A stretch of 64,000 nt of DNA. Origin: Takakia lepidozioides. Lineage: Eukaryota > Plantae > Bryophyta. This document shows, piece by piece, positions 25,690-38,500 of the stretch (the stretch's first letter is position 1; each line of letters opens with the position of its first letter). The stretch spans positions 83,018,001 to 83,082,000 of the forward strand of contig CM060731.1 of NCBI GenBank assembly GCA_030704615.1, read 5' to 3'. Below the pieces are notes generated by a model. That model saw only the letters and a list, made by a program, of their open reading frames with translations, made no database searches and was not told the DNA's origin. A program made the position numbers and the translations under genes.

Positions 25690-26854
25690 TATAGGCTTTG
25701 CGGCCCAAATTTCTCGCCCTTACATCATTGTCGTTCACAACAAGGATGTAAGGATGGATCAAGGACCCAAGGCCGTGTGTCTACAATAATTGCCACTCCC
25801 GGTGGGTGTACCTCGGCCCAAAATAGGGGAACAAATCTACAGAATCCTCTCCTCCCCCCAAAACTACATCCTCCATCAAAAAAAGTCCACGACCCATACT
25901 AGGGTCCATTGCCTCCATCACGCAATACATGCGACCCCAAAAAAGAAAGGGCTCACCCTCAGGAATCGGAACTGGACAAGGCACAAGACATTGGTAGAAA
26001 TGGGGTTGGACTCCCATCGTGAATAGCTCCCTAGCACCACGATGACGTATGGTGTCGTCATCAGGCCGGCGAAGGCGCGGACCAACCGTGCGAAACAACT
26101 TCGGTCCACCTCTCCTAGGGGGCGGCGCCCGTCCATCACTTCGGGGGCCCTTCTCCCGGAGTTGGAACCTAGTGATCCATCGGTCCCAGTCATACACAGT
26201 CCCCAAAGGTGGTGGGATCCATCCGGGTTCTGCCGGAGGACCCGGATATGGACTCGGTGGCGGCTATGGTCGCGGCAATGGAGGGGAAGAGAAACGTAGG
26301 TTGGTATGAGGGATCTCGCGTGGAGGTAGTACTGGACGAGATGGCCGGGATGGCGATGGTGATGAGGAAAGAACATGTACAATAGGAGGACCGGACGATA
26401 CGGATGATGGTGATGATGGGGGTGCCGATGTCGAGGATGTCGAACTCGGACTCGGTGGCGGCTGTGGTCTCGGCAATGGAGGGGAAGGGACACGTAGCCG
26501 GTCGGTATGAGGGACCTCGGATGGCAATGGTGATGAGGAAAGACCATCTACAATAGGAGAAATGGACGATGCGGATGATGGTGATAATGGGGGTGCCGAT
26601 ATCGAGGATGACGAATGTGTGTGCGTAGGTGACAAGCGCCTAGCCCGGTGCCCAAAAATAGAAAAACACGCATCGTACCCCGCTACCTCACAAACTGCAT
26701 CTATGTCATGTTGCGAGAAAAAAATGTTCACATCCGGAACGGGGTGGGGCTCGTAAGAAGGAAGAAACCCGCATTGGTATGCCTCTTCAGTAAAAAAATT
26801 GCAAGCTTGGACATCAAGACAGGGTTGCAAGATGCATGATATGAAATGCATCAA
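25690..26854 (-). pseudogene. Unknown Pro/Ser-rich ORF with internal duplication
   Basis: ORFs 26264-26854 and 25781-26206 share a frame. The TAG at 26264 corresponds to CAG in the duplicate PRPQPPPSP unit. Confidence 0.45.
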
Positions 26855-27035
26855 TACTCAATTCACAAACGCGAGGTTTCATTAGATATAGTACTTTTAA
26901 TTGAGGAGTACGTGAGAAGATATATGGACGACTTACCTTTGCTGCATCAACAATCTCGTACTTGGCGTAATGTTTTTGCACCGGCGCGCGGGGGTAGTTG
27001 CGCACGGGAGAGCTCGAGAGCAAAGAAAAACAAAG

Positions 27036-27532
27036 TAGGGATGGAGGGAGGGGAGGGAGGAAGAGTGAGAGGAGGAGGGTGAGGGAGAGAGAGATCTATG
27101 AAGATCAGAAATGCATGGCTGCTTACCTGCAGTTGGGCGCCTCACGCAGCAGCTCCTTCACGCTGGCGTTCCGCTGGCACTCCGCCACCAGGTCGCGTGG
27201 GCACACTCCTCGCTCAAACAACAAAAAAGGGAGAAGAGGGAGAGAGAGAGCGAGGGAGAGAACGAGGGAGAGAGATAAGGGCGAGAGGGAGAGTGAGGGA
27301 TAAGAGGGAGAATGAGAGAGAGAGAAGGAGAGGGAGGGCAGCTCCCTCACGCGGCAGCTCCTTTCACGCTGGCGGTCCCTCCCGCGGCGCTGGCGTTCGG
27401 CTGGCGCTCCACCAGCAGGTCACGGGGGCGCGCTCCCAACTCGCTCAAACATCAACAAGACATAGAAGAGGGAGAGAGAGAGTGAGGGAGAGGGATTAGG
27501 GCGAGAGGGAGAGTGAGAGAGAGGGCGCGCGC
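27036..27532. repeat. GA-rich low-complexity region with repeated GCAGCTCC(T)TTCACGCTGGCG units
   Basis: (GA)n/GGGA tracts alternate with similar ~100-bp GC-rich units at ~27140 and ~27345. Confidence 0.7.
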
Positions 27533-30500
27533 GGGTTTGAACGCCGTGGCGCGTCAGTGTTGCGTCACCGCCGCCAGAAAACGTTGCCGCATCATCAGTA
27601 TGGTCCTCCCAACCGGTAGTCGTGCCCAACACCAACTGCACCAACACTCAATCTTGGGGAGGCGGTCCCGGCGGGGTCTCCCTGGGGCTCGTGCCTCTGG
27701 ACTTGGCGACCTACGACCTCGGGGTGGTGGCCGTGGGGGCAAAGTTGTGCCAACATGGCGATGCCGCCTAACTCGTAGACAAGGCGAACGTGTTGTCTCA
27801 CCCTTAGCGGGTGGTTGTGGCACAGCCGGCAACGAATCCTCAAGCGTGACACGTCGATAAACACGCGGCATGACCTAGCACGAGAGAGAGGTAGAGTACC
27901 GTATTGGGTTCCACAGAGTAGACAGTGGAATCCCCACAGATCTCATAGTATATAGGACAATAGAAGAAGTGTTCTTCAGTTTCAATTTCATGGAGAGAGA
28001 GAAGATATTCATGTCATGTCAAGACATAGACAAGACTTAGTAAAAGTCATTGTCAAGAAAAATGACATAGCAGCCTCATTACAAGGCATTGTCAAACATC
28101 TCCTTACATGTACAATCCCAGAAAAAAGATCCTTAAATTACAAGGTATTCTTATATCATCATGTTAACACTTCCCCTCCATAAATAGTTCATCTTAAATA
28201 AAAGAGACTGGATTTCAAAGTTCTTGAAATCATAGGGTGGGAGGGTGGGGTCTTCTAAAAAAACAAACACATAGCATGAGCATGTAGGGTTCTGAAGAAT
28301 ATATGCACGTTTGCATACAGTCAATCAATCAAAGTCTGAACCACTTTTAAATAAGAGCTGTACGTGTTCCAGTGGCTTACAACAACCAAACAGAGGGCAA
28401 ATGTTGTGATGATCATACAAAAACCAGTAAGTCATTACCATGTCACATTCCCAATCTCTGGGGGGAGCTTAAGAATACAGTTCGTAATCAAAAAAGCCCT
28501 TTAAAAATACTGGCTTGGTAATTCTTGGGTTCAAATAGCTTAAACAAGTATGTTGTAAGCTCAACAGGTCTTTGAGAAAACCATTCCAGCAGGCCTAAGA
28601 GTGAGAGCTTTGATGAAAACAATTCCCTATTACAGCTTTAAAGGACTTGTATGTTCCTAAAACCACAAGCTGAACTGATTGTACTTCCATAAGTAGATGC
28701 AGGGCTATGGTATGTATCCCAGGGCCTTATCCAGTCACTCTGCCAAGTTTTAGAGAGATCCTAAAAAATACCAGTCTGTAATCAGGTTATAATCTCCATG
28801 GGGGAGCCTGAAAGAATATATGTGTTCTTAAAAAGGCTTAACCCAATGCCTTACTTAATACATTCTAAACTGGTGAGGCATAAACAACACTGTCTGACTC
28901 TCCAAAAGGCCAGAAAACAGGTCTGGAAAAAGGCATCCAATGTCACACTTGCACCACCAAACCCTTGTCATCACAACCAGCCCGAACCTTCACAATAAGG
29001 TCTGATTTCTAGGAGGCCCAGCCCATTTACTTCCCTGACTTAACAAATTTGGTTACCAAGAACCAGAAATCAAAGTAAAGGTTTAAGGCATATCCCCCTG
29101 AAGCAGAAAATTGCAACAACGGCAGCTTGCAGCATATCTTATCCCTCCTGCAGTAACCAAATCATCTGCAAGCCAAAGAGTTCATGCCAAGTGAAATCCC
29201 TCACCTGCGCCCGTCCCAAAAACAAACACAAAAAATGTTTTGTGCGTTAGTGAGGATGCGCGAGGTGAATTACAGGATTTCACAGTTGCTATCCATGTCA
29301 GGTATGAGCCATACATGCAAAGATCACAGAACCAGCAGAAGAAAGCATAGATGTGACACCACAAAGAACCTCAATCTTTTGTGGAGTAGGACGCTGCAGT
29401 GTTCATCATCTGAATTTGAACGAGCACAACAGAATGCAACGGGAGGAGAGTTGAGGACAGGTTGTATCCTGTAATACAGGCCGCTTCCCCACCTCCATAA
29501 CCGCCGCTGCTTCATCAATGAGGAAAAAACGTAGGCAAACACAACAGTATGTCATTTGCCATCGCGGGAGATGAAAGTGTCTGCCGTCATCGCGCGTTCA
29601 AAAAACAAGAACACACCTGTTCGGATCTTGCTGCTCGGGCATTCAGCCGCCATCGAGCATTCGTCCGCCATCGCCCTCTTCCAGAGAAAAAAACACGCAC
29701 GATATCGTGCTGTGTCTAGGGCAAAAAGACACTTAAAGGAAAACCACCCGCGATTTCATCCACCATCCGGTATGGATGGTATCAGACCAGGATGAAAAAT
29801 GGGCATTCAATAGGTTTAAATCAAAGGAGCATAAACCTAAAATGCATTGAAATGCATATCTGCCTATAAATCATCCAGTTATGGTTATAACAGAAATTTC
29901 ATCCAGTATGGATGAAACCTTAAAAATTGGGATTAAAAATATATAGTATTTCCAAAATAAGTATTATGGAAAAAAAATTGATAATCCCAAACAAGTAGTT
30001 GGAGAGAGGGAAGATACTATGTCTTGTCGGGACATGGATAGGACCAAACATGGTCATTGTCAATTTTTACGACAAATCAACCTCATGAAGAGGCATTATC
30101 AGTCAAACTCCACTTCAAATCAGATCTTATGATGACCTCCATTACATTTCAAAGACAAAGAATCTACCTGGTAGATTTCAATGACAAGAAAATACGGGTG
30201 GGAGGGTGGGATTACTTAGAAGATCCCCTCCTTATAATAATCCAGCTTTATATTCTAAGGAACAGTATGCTAAACAAGTGTTACCAGCCTGTTTTTATGT
30301 CTGTTTTAGAATTATAAGCTATGGGTGGCATCTAAGCAAACAATTAAATGTTTACCTATATCATGCAATAGTACTGCTCATCTGGAACCCAAAAGTTCCA
30401 GCTATTTTCCATTAATCACACAACCGGGATATTAAATCATCTGGTTACTTGATAATATAACCAATTTTTTAATAACAACAACCCAGAGCTTATCTGCTAC

Positions 30501-30609
30501 ATTTTTAGAACTTCTTGTAATCATGACATAGAGTCAAAACTCATTGCATTGTTTAGTAAGCTTGATTTCCCAGAACTGCTTTCTACTGCAGTATTCTGTA
30601 TCAGAATAT

Positions 30610-31950
30610 GCCATAGCTAGCAAAAAACAAACAGCTATTTTTTTTGTAACATAAAATCCAGCGCCATGTTGTAGATTAATCAGTCTTTGATTACGAAGCA
30701 ACAGCAGAGGCTTCTCTTTAAAACAACCAGACCTGGTTTAGGTCTGGGGTCATTATGTTACAACCTTGACAAGGTATTTGCAAGGCAAAAAAGACTATTA
30801 ATGAAGTTAAAAAAGGCCATAGTTCCCACACTTGTTCAAACCCTGGTGTTACACAGGTTTTGAATCGATAACATCTGAAAAAAACATATTGTGTAGCCTG
30901 ATATTTTTATCAAGCCAGAGCAGCTGAAATCATTTAATCTAACCCAACTAAAGCTTGGAGGGTTTTTAGAAGAGCTCGATTCTGGGCCCCTACCAACTTA
31001 TGTTTCTTGTGTGTCTTGGCATCAATCATGCCAGAGCAGAAATAGTGAGTCATGTGTTCTTTTTTTTGTAACCCACAAGCCATAAACAAGCTGTATATAA
31101 TCTGTAATTATAGGAATCATATCCAGAGCCTAGTTTAGGCCTGATGACATCAGGTTTCTTACCTTAGCAGATTGTATGCAAGGTACAAAAAACACAGATG
31201 GAGTTCAGAAAGCCACAAATGTTCCATAGTATGAGTACATAAAGGCATACAGGGCCTTAGAACAAAACAAATGCAATGCTATGTCATATCAAAACCAGCC
31301 ATAGCTAGAAAGATCAAACAAACAACAGTCTTTTTTGTAATCATACAATCCAGAGCCATGCTGGTAAGTATGATGTTAATCATTCTTTGGTCATCAAGCA
31401 ACAGAAGAGGATTTTCTTCAAACACCAGGACCTGGTTTAGGTCTGGGGTCATTATGTTACCACCTTAACAAGGTGTTTGCAAGGTAAAAAAGACATTTTA
31501 ATGAAGTTCAGAAAGGCTATAGTGCCAATACATGTTCAAACCCCAATGTTACACAGGTTTTGAAGTCATAACATCTGAAAAAAAGGCTGTGTTGCCAGAT
31601 ATCAGAGCAGCTGATATCTTTAATCCAACCTACCAAGAGTCTATAAAGCCAGTACATGTTTTTCTAAAAAAAACAAAAGCTTGCTTTTAGAAGAGTAATT
31701 CTGGGTCCCCACCAGTCCATGTTTCTTGTGGAGCAGAAACAATGAGTCCTGTATTCTTTTATTGTAACCCAAAAGCCACAAACACAACCATATACAATCT
31801 GTAATTATAGAGTGACATGAAGAGGTAGCAGGTTACTTACCTTAGCAGATTGTATGCAAGGTAAAAAAGGAAAGGGGGTTGAGAAAGCCACAGAGGTTCC
31901 ATAGATTGAGCACATAAAGGCATACAGGGCTTAGTATAAACCAGATGCAA
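30610..31950. repeat. Diverged tandem duplication, period ~700 bp
   Basis: gacctggtttaggtctggggtcattatgttac at ~30730 and ~31430; ttaccttagcagattgtatgcaaggta at ~31159 and ~31837. Confidence 0.85.
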
Positions 31951-33227
31951 GCTCTGGCCTCTCCCATACCGTGTTGCTTGAAAGTGTACATATCAGAGTA
32001 GCAAATCGTGCTCTAAGCATGAAAAAAGAGCATATGTTTGGTCTGGAAACCCTACTTCCAGTACCATATTTCAATGCAGCGGAAATCATAACCCAGAGTC
32101 CTTAATAGAATTCATGTGTTCTAAAAAGGCTCGCTAATGCACTTGCTGCTTCAACACAGAGATAAAGGTTGTAAGCATATCCAGATTGGTCAAGGTAGGG
32201 AGGCAAAAATGAGACATCTCCCTGGATAATCAGCTGATGTCGATGTCACTTCACTTACAGGTTTGTCATCAGTTTCAAGCTTCAAAAATCACATTAAGTG
32301 AGGACCCTCACCTGGTCCCATCACAAGCCCCCACAAGAACCAACAGGTTAGTGAGAATTGTGGAACCCCAGGTGAATCGGGTCTCATGCTTGTTATCGCT
32401 GTACAACATGAGTTCTAAAGCAAGAATCAATTCTAAACACAAGCAAGGTTATCCACAACCTTAATCGATTGCGGAAGAGGACTCGACATCGCTCCAAGCA
32501 CTTGACAATCAACAGCACAAACAAGCAATGGTTTGCTGAAATCTATGCGCATTTTAACAGGTGAAGAAACCCCCTGAGTTTTTATGAGCAGTGCTGAAAC
32601 TTAATGATCCAGAGAGGATCTACAAGCAATCGGGCAGCCTAAGGTAGATTGCCCGCCAAGGGAATAGGCCACCATACTGAGGGAATTGAAGCACTGCCGC
32701 CGTTACGCATCCCAAGGGAGATGAGAAAGGACTGGAATCTTGCCAGAGTACTTGTAAGCAGCATTGAAGCGTCTCCATAGCCATCAAAATCATAAAATTC
32801 ATGCTAAGAGATCCCTCTGACACCATCACTTCATCTCCCGTAGAAAAAACGCACAGTATCGTGAAAGTTTTATGGCAGGAGAGGAAATATGGCAAGCCAT
32901 TGCGATTTCATCCATGTGGGATGAAAAATAAGGAATGAAAGGTGAATATTCCCCTGTTGTCATCGCCATGTCATCCAGCAGGGATGACATCCTAAAATCG
33001 ATGACCAGAACCTGGCATTCATTAGGGTTAGATATAAATGACCTTAATAATCCAAAGGAACCAGGTAAAAAATGATAACCAGAATTAACATTTAATGGAA
33101 TTCATCCATTATTAACTATATCCGGTATGGATGAAGATAGCAGAAAGTTAATTATAGTTTAGTCAAAAATTACCTTAGTACCAAACCCTCTGGGTTATGG
33201 AATAGGTTACCAACAGGATCCATGTAC

Positions 33228-33840
33228 AGAGGGAGAGAGAGAGGGAGAGAGAGGGACTGTTGAGGGGGGGGGGGGGGGGGCAGCTGCTCCAGTCACTTCC
33301 CCACCCCCCCACCGTTTTTTCTTTTTTCCCCCCTCAACAGTCCCTCTCTCTCCACATCCTGATGGGAGAGCGGGAGATAGAGGGAGAGAGGGAGAGAGGG
33401 AGAGAGTGGGAGAGATGAGGGAAGAAAAATAAAAAAGAAGGTTGGGGGGGGGGAGTGACTCAGCAACTGCTGCTGCTCAGTCACTTCCCCCCCCCCCCCC
33501 CCCCCCACCTTTTCGTTTTTTGTTTGTGGAATGGTGGGGGGTGCTGAAAGCAGCTTGCTGCTGCTTAGCCCCCCCCCCCCCGACCTTTCATTTTTTGGTT
33601 TTGGCAATGGTGGGGGGCGCTGAGAGCTGCAGCAGCTTGCTGCTGCTGCTCTCAGTCCCCCCCACCTTTTTTTTTTCTTTTTGGAATGGTGGGGGGCTGA
33701 CAGCAGCAGCAAGTGCTGGTGCTCTCAGCACCCCCCCCCTCTTTTCATTTTTTGTTTATCAGCAGAGAGAGAAAGGGGGAGACAAAGATATAGAGACATA
33801 AAGATAGAGGGAGAGGAAGAGAGGGGAAGGGGGAGGGTCA
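33228..33840. repeat. G/C-run low-complexity region containing a 23-bp-arm inverted repeat
   Basis: GAGAGAGGGACTGTTGAGGGGGG (~33247) pairs with CCCCCCTCAACAGTCCCTCTCTC (~33328-33350); long G and C runs; CAG/CTG repeats. Confidence 0.7.
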
Positions 33841-33910
33841 GGCCTTGTTGGTTTTTGGCATGTGAAATCACACGGTAGTAGTGTTGTGGGCGCAGGGATA
33901 AGCTGGTAGT

Positions 33911-34577
33911 ATGGCAAAGGACAAGGAGAAGGCGCCGCCGAAGGAGCAGAAATTGCCTGCCGCTAAGGTAGGGAAGCTTGACAACGCTCCCGTCATTGAC
34001 GGCCGTGTGACACGGTCCACTTGGTCCAAACTCACCAGCCCTATAGGCGGCTATGTGAGAGGACCAAGCCGTAAGGCCGTCGAGGCCTCCACGCCCTTGA
34101 AGGTTGAGGCTGGGGATGAGCCTCCACTTGAGGGTGGTGCACCCAATGTTCAGGCTAGGACGCCACCCCACGGGCTGATGGAGGGCCGTGACTTTTACGC
34201 GGGGAAGCGCATTCTCAGATCTGCCGCTAGGTATGGGCAACTTGATCTTAGCCCCACCACCAATGCCTTTTCCCCTTCTTCTGCAGCCAAGAGGGCTTAT
34301 AAGGGGGGGGGCTCAGAAGGGGGTGGGTTCCTCCTCACCTTGGGAGAAGAGGGAGGCTTCAAAGGAGGCCACAATAAGGTGGAAGGAGGAGGAAAGGAAG
34401 AGGGAGGAAGACAAGAAGAGGGAAGAGGGAAGAGGGAAATAAGGGGGCATGGGAAAGGGAGGGGGAAGAGGAGAGGGTGACACTGGCTATGGAGGGCCCC
34501 TTGCGAAGTCCGTCGCCTGAACGGTCAATGAAGAAGACCCTGGACTTTGGGGGGCCGCCTGCAAGCCTATTGGGTGC
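33911..34577 (+). CDS. Hypothetical basic low-complexity ORF (stop at 34480, possibly frameshifted) abutting the LTR insertion
   Basis: ATG-initiated 189-aa ORF, Lys/Gly-rich; no recognisable domain. Confidence 0.3.
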
Positions 34578-35589
34578 TGTCGCGCGGCTTTTACTCACCC
34601 ATCCCTTCGCTATCTGAGGCGGAAACTCCAAGATAGAAGAGTTGGAAATCTCTAAGTACTCAGCCCGCGCAGAACAATCAGTCATGACCTACAGCTAGTG
34701 TATCATGGGGGTGTTTCCTCTTTGTTTCCCTTTTGGCATTCATGTTAGCTACCTTACCATTGATAATTAAGTATCAGTTTGCTTCATCAATTTATCAGAT
34801 TCCATCAACCCATCCATTCATTCCACAGCTTCACTCAGATCTCTCTACACAGTGTGGTTGTATCGTATAAGTATCAGATTATGATTTATCAGGTATCAGG
34901 CCGAAGCCATTGTGTCTCTAATCTGCTCTACAATATCACTACAGTTTTGCATATAACAAGCATCTACTAATCATCTCTCCTCCTTCACCGTGCTCTCCAT
35001 CTTTGCTTCCGTTCTTACTCTCCGCCCGATCCTCTCTCTCTCCTGACGTGCTTCCAAGAATCATCCCCCAAAAAGCCCCCCACTCAGTCCTTGCTTCTCC
35101 CTTTATCTTCCTACCCGTGGCTCTAACCGTTTCCCTCACTAACCGTCGTCCGTGAACTAACATGTTCCATTTGCAGGTGTTGTTCCCCATAGTCGTTCCC
35201 TGTCCTGCTCTCCGTTCCCTATGATCGTGACAGCTGTGTCAAGCTGTGACTGGCTGTGTGAAACTGTGACGGGCTGTGATTGGCTGTGCGACTGTGTTTG
35301 GCTGTGTCGGGCTGTGACTGGCTGTGTGGCTGTGTCGGCTGTGACGGGCTGTGACGGGCTGTGTTGGCGGGGGCTGCTATTTCATGAGCGGCATGAGCAT
35401 GAGCGGAAAAAAAAAAAGCATGAGCAGACCATTGTGAGTCCATGGAAATAGGGTTAGGAGGCACGGAAATAGGGTCATGTGAAGTTGGAATGTGGCACCA
35501 GTGGACTTGAAATGCAACATTTTATTGCAAATTTTGTGGCAAGCCACGTCTATACAAGTGTGTTCTAACTGTCATAGCCGGAATGGGCA

Positions 35590-38500
35590 CTACTCTCCTA
35601 CACCCTCCGAGGAACTTGCCCCACCTTCTTCCTCATCCCCCTCATCCCCCTCATCCTCCGAGCTCTGTGATGCATCAGTTCCACTATGCCTCTCAAAAAT
35701 CTCGTCCTCTCCTTGGGGGACTGTCCACCTCACCTCCTGGGAATCTTCTGCGTCTTCTCCCCCACTTTCCTCAGCAGAATCCAACACAAATCTACGAGCT
35801 CGACGGGCTCTAATAGCTGCTGCCTCCTCCCTCATCTTCATTTTCTTGAGGCTTGCCTCGTCTAAAATCTGCTGTACACGACTACGTTCGGAACACCTCC
35901 TAATGGACACCGAAGCAAGCCGGGCAGCATAAGTAGGAAGGATGTACTCCCTTTCTGGACTAGGCATGAAATCCCCCCTGGCAAAAAAAGGCACGTTCCT
36001 CCTGCCCATGAACTCCGGTGTAGACGTCCCTCCGGCAGTACTTGGCATCCTACAGTAAGAACAAATCCACTTGAAGAATGTCAATACCAGCACAACCAGA
36101 AAGGGTTTTCAATGAAATAAGAGAGCGGAGGGAGGTGCCTCACAAAATCTGGAGGCAACTTACAATGCCACCACTCACTCGTAAACCGGGGGCTCCTCGG
36201 CCTCGATCCCAACTTCCTCCCCCTGCTCCTTCTCGGATTTTTCCTCATCCTCCGAGGATGCCTCTTCCTCTTTCGGCAGACGTTCAGCCGCTGCAAGTTC
36301 CGAGTTGTGGAGGGCAGTATCTGGCTCGAAGGCGAACACATGCCTGTCGGACAACGTCCCTGCCCACATTGAAGCACCTGAGGAACAAAGCGGGCGGTTA
36401 ATAGCTTGCGGCATGCAATTGCAATGGGGCCAGGGGACAAACTGAGCACGTGAAGGCTTACCCGTGCCGCATGTGAGGTCCAGAATCCGCCCTTGGACAT
36501 CCGAGCACGTCTCCATGAGGGTTTGGATGAAAGCAGGGCTCCGGGTCCGGCTGTACCGCCACGGTTTGCCTGTCTTTGTGTCCTTCGGCATACTAGAGTG
36601 GGGCACATAGTTGTAGAGGACATCGTAGGTTACAGGGTCCACAGCGGCATCAACAAGACGACCGTCGTTGCGGAATTTGAACGTAGACCCTCTCTTCACA
36701 AAGCAATATGCCTCAAACACCAATGTCTGCACATCCAACAAAGAAGGGATCAATTCCAGGGTCTACTTAACATACACCACAATATGAAGTGAATGCAATA
36801 GATTGATAACTTACACTTTGGCCCTCTGTTCGCAACCCCTGCGTACTGATGCAGAACCATTTTCTGAGGAGGACCGGGGTGACACTTTTCGGTGTCCACC
36901 TTGCCACCGCATTCTCTGTGGTCTTCCCTCTCGTGGCAAGGACAACCACACATCCACCGTCATCCAGAAGCATCCCCGCCAGCCCAAACCCGGCTTTCCA
37001 GTAGTCCTCAGTAAACCTGTTCCAGGTGGGCACACCATCCAGGCCCTCCAACAGCTCCCCATCTGGAATGTCGAGGAGAATCATGTCGCAAGCTCTCTCC
37101 ACCTCAACCCCCCCCGAGTGCTCTTGCAATTCGTGCTCACAGCCGTGAAGAATTCCATCATGGCTTCAAAACCAGGGGTGTCTTTAGGCTCTGTACCGGC
37201 AGCCCTCTTCTTGGCTTTCCCCTTCTGCTCCGCCAGAGACTTGTTGTGTGCCACCTTCTTCGCCCTGGCAGCGAGAGCGTCAAGGAAGCTCTCATTGACG
37301 CATTGGATGATGGTTGGAGGTTCTAGCTTTGGCCTGTGCGTAAACGTCACCGCCGAATACCGCCGTGTAGGCTCGCCCTCAAATGCCAACTTCTTGGCAG
37401 AGCCAGTCCCACTCCGAACTGACTTGGGAACCCGGACGACCGGTGACTGGGTAGGAGCAACAGCAGTCGCAGGACCTTGAACAAAATCGGCGTCGGAGTC
37501 ACTCTCTTGGGTCCCCTCCTGCGCCTCCTCCGATGCCCCGATGGTTTTCTTCTTTTTGGGTGTTACTGCAGTCACCTGTTTCCTTGTCCTTTTCCTTTGA
37601 CCTTTACTCTTCTCATGCAATTTCTCCTGAATTCCTGCCTGAGCAAGCTCTGCCGCTTTCCTGGAGTTCGCAAGCGCTTTTGCCTCTTTTGCACCCAACG
37701 GAGGCAGCGGAGCCCGGTTTCGTCGGAATTCAGCATCCAGCTTCAATTGAAACTCGGATGGGTCGAGCGAGCCGGGCGGAAGGTCCACATACCAAGGGCA
37801 ATCACGCAAATGTTCCAGATGCCACTCCTTCACAATATCGTCAGTGTACATGGAGTCAGCCCCAGGGTTCCTCCATGCCAGGAAGAATGGTGGCTCGAAA
37901 GACAGATGACCTTTCTCCAAAAGCGAGAACTTACAGTACCTGCATTCATGAAAAACACAATGAGGTCCGAAAATGGCTAAGTCTCTGAACGGCAATAGGG
38001 CCTACAACTGGAATATGGCGCCGAATTTCCACTTCAGGGCCACCCAGTCTAGGGACTTAGCCCGAAAATGGCTAAGTCCCTCGACGGCAATAGGGCCTAG
38101 AACTGGAAAACGGCGCCGAATTTCCAGTTCCGGGCCAGCCAGTCTAGGGACTTAGCCCGAAAATGGCTAAGTCCCTGGACGGCAATAGGGCCTAGAACTG
38201 GAAAACGGCGCCGAATTTCCAGTTCCGGGCCAGCCACACTAGGGACTTAGGCCGAAAATGGCTAACTCCCTGAACGGCAATAGGGCCTAAAACTGGAATA
38301 TGGCGCCGAATTTCCACTTCAGGGCCAGCCAGTCTAGGGACTTGGGCCGAAAATGGGTAAGTCCCTGAACGGCAATAGGGCCTGGAACTGGAAAATGGCG
38401 CCGAATTTCCAGTTCCGGGCCAGCCAGTCTAGGGACTTAGCCATTTTCGGAGCCCTGACTGGAAATTCGGCGCCATTTTCCCTAACACCACTTGAGGCCT

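Noticed and set aside
27906-27952. Hairpin followed by CATAGT as a Helitron 3' end
   Set aside because: The hairpin is short and imperfect, there is no canonical CTRR end, and no Rep/helicase is nearby.
30610-31950. Degenerate PPR or other repeat-protein gene
   Set aside because: No sustained reading frame or convincing repeat consensus.
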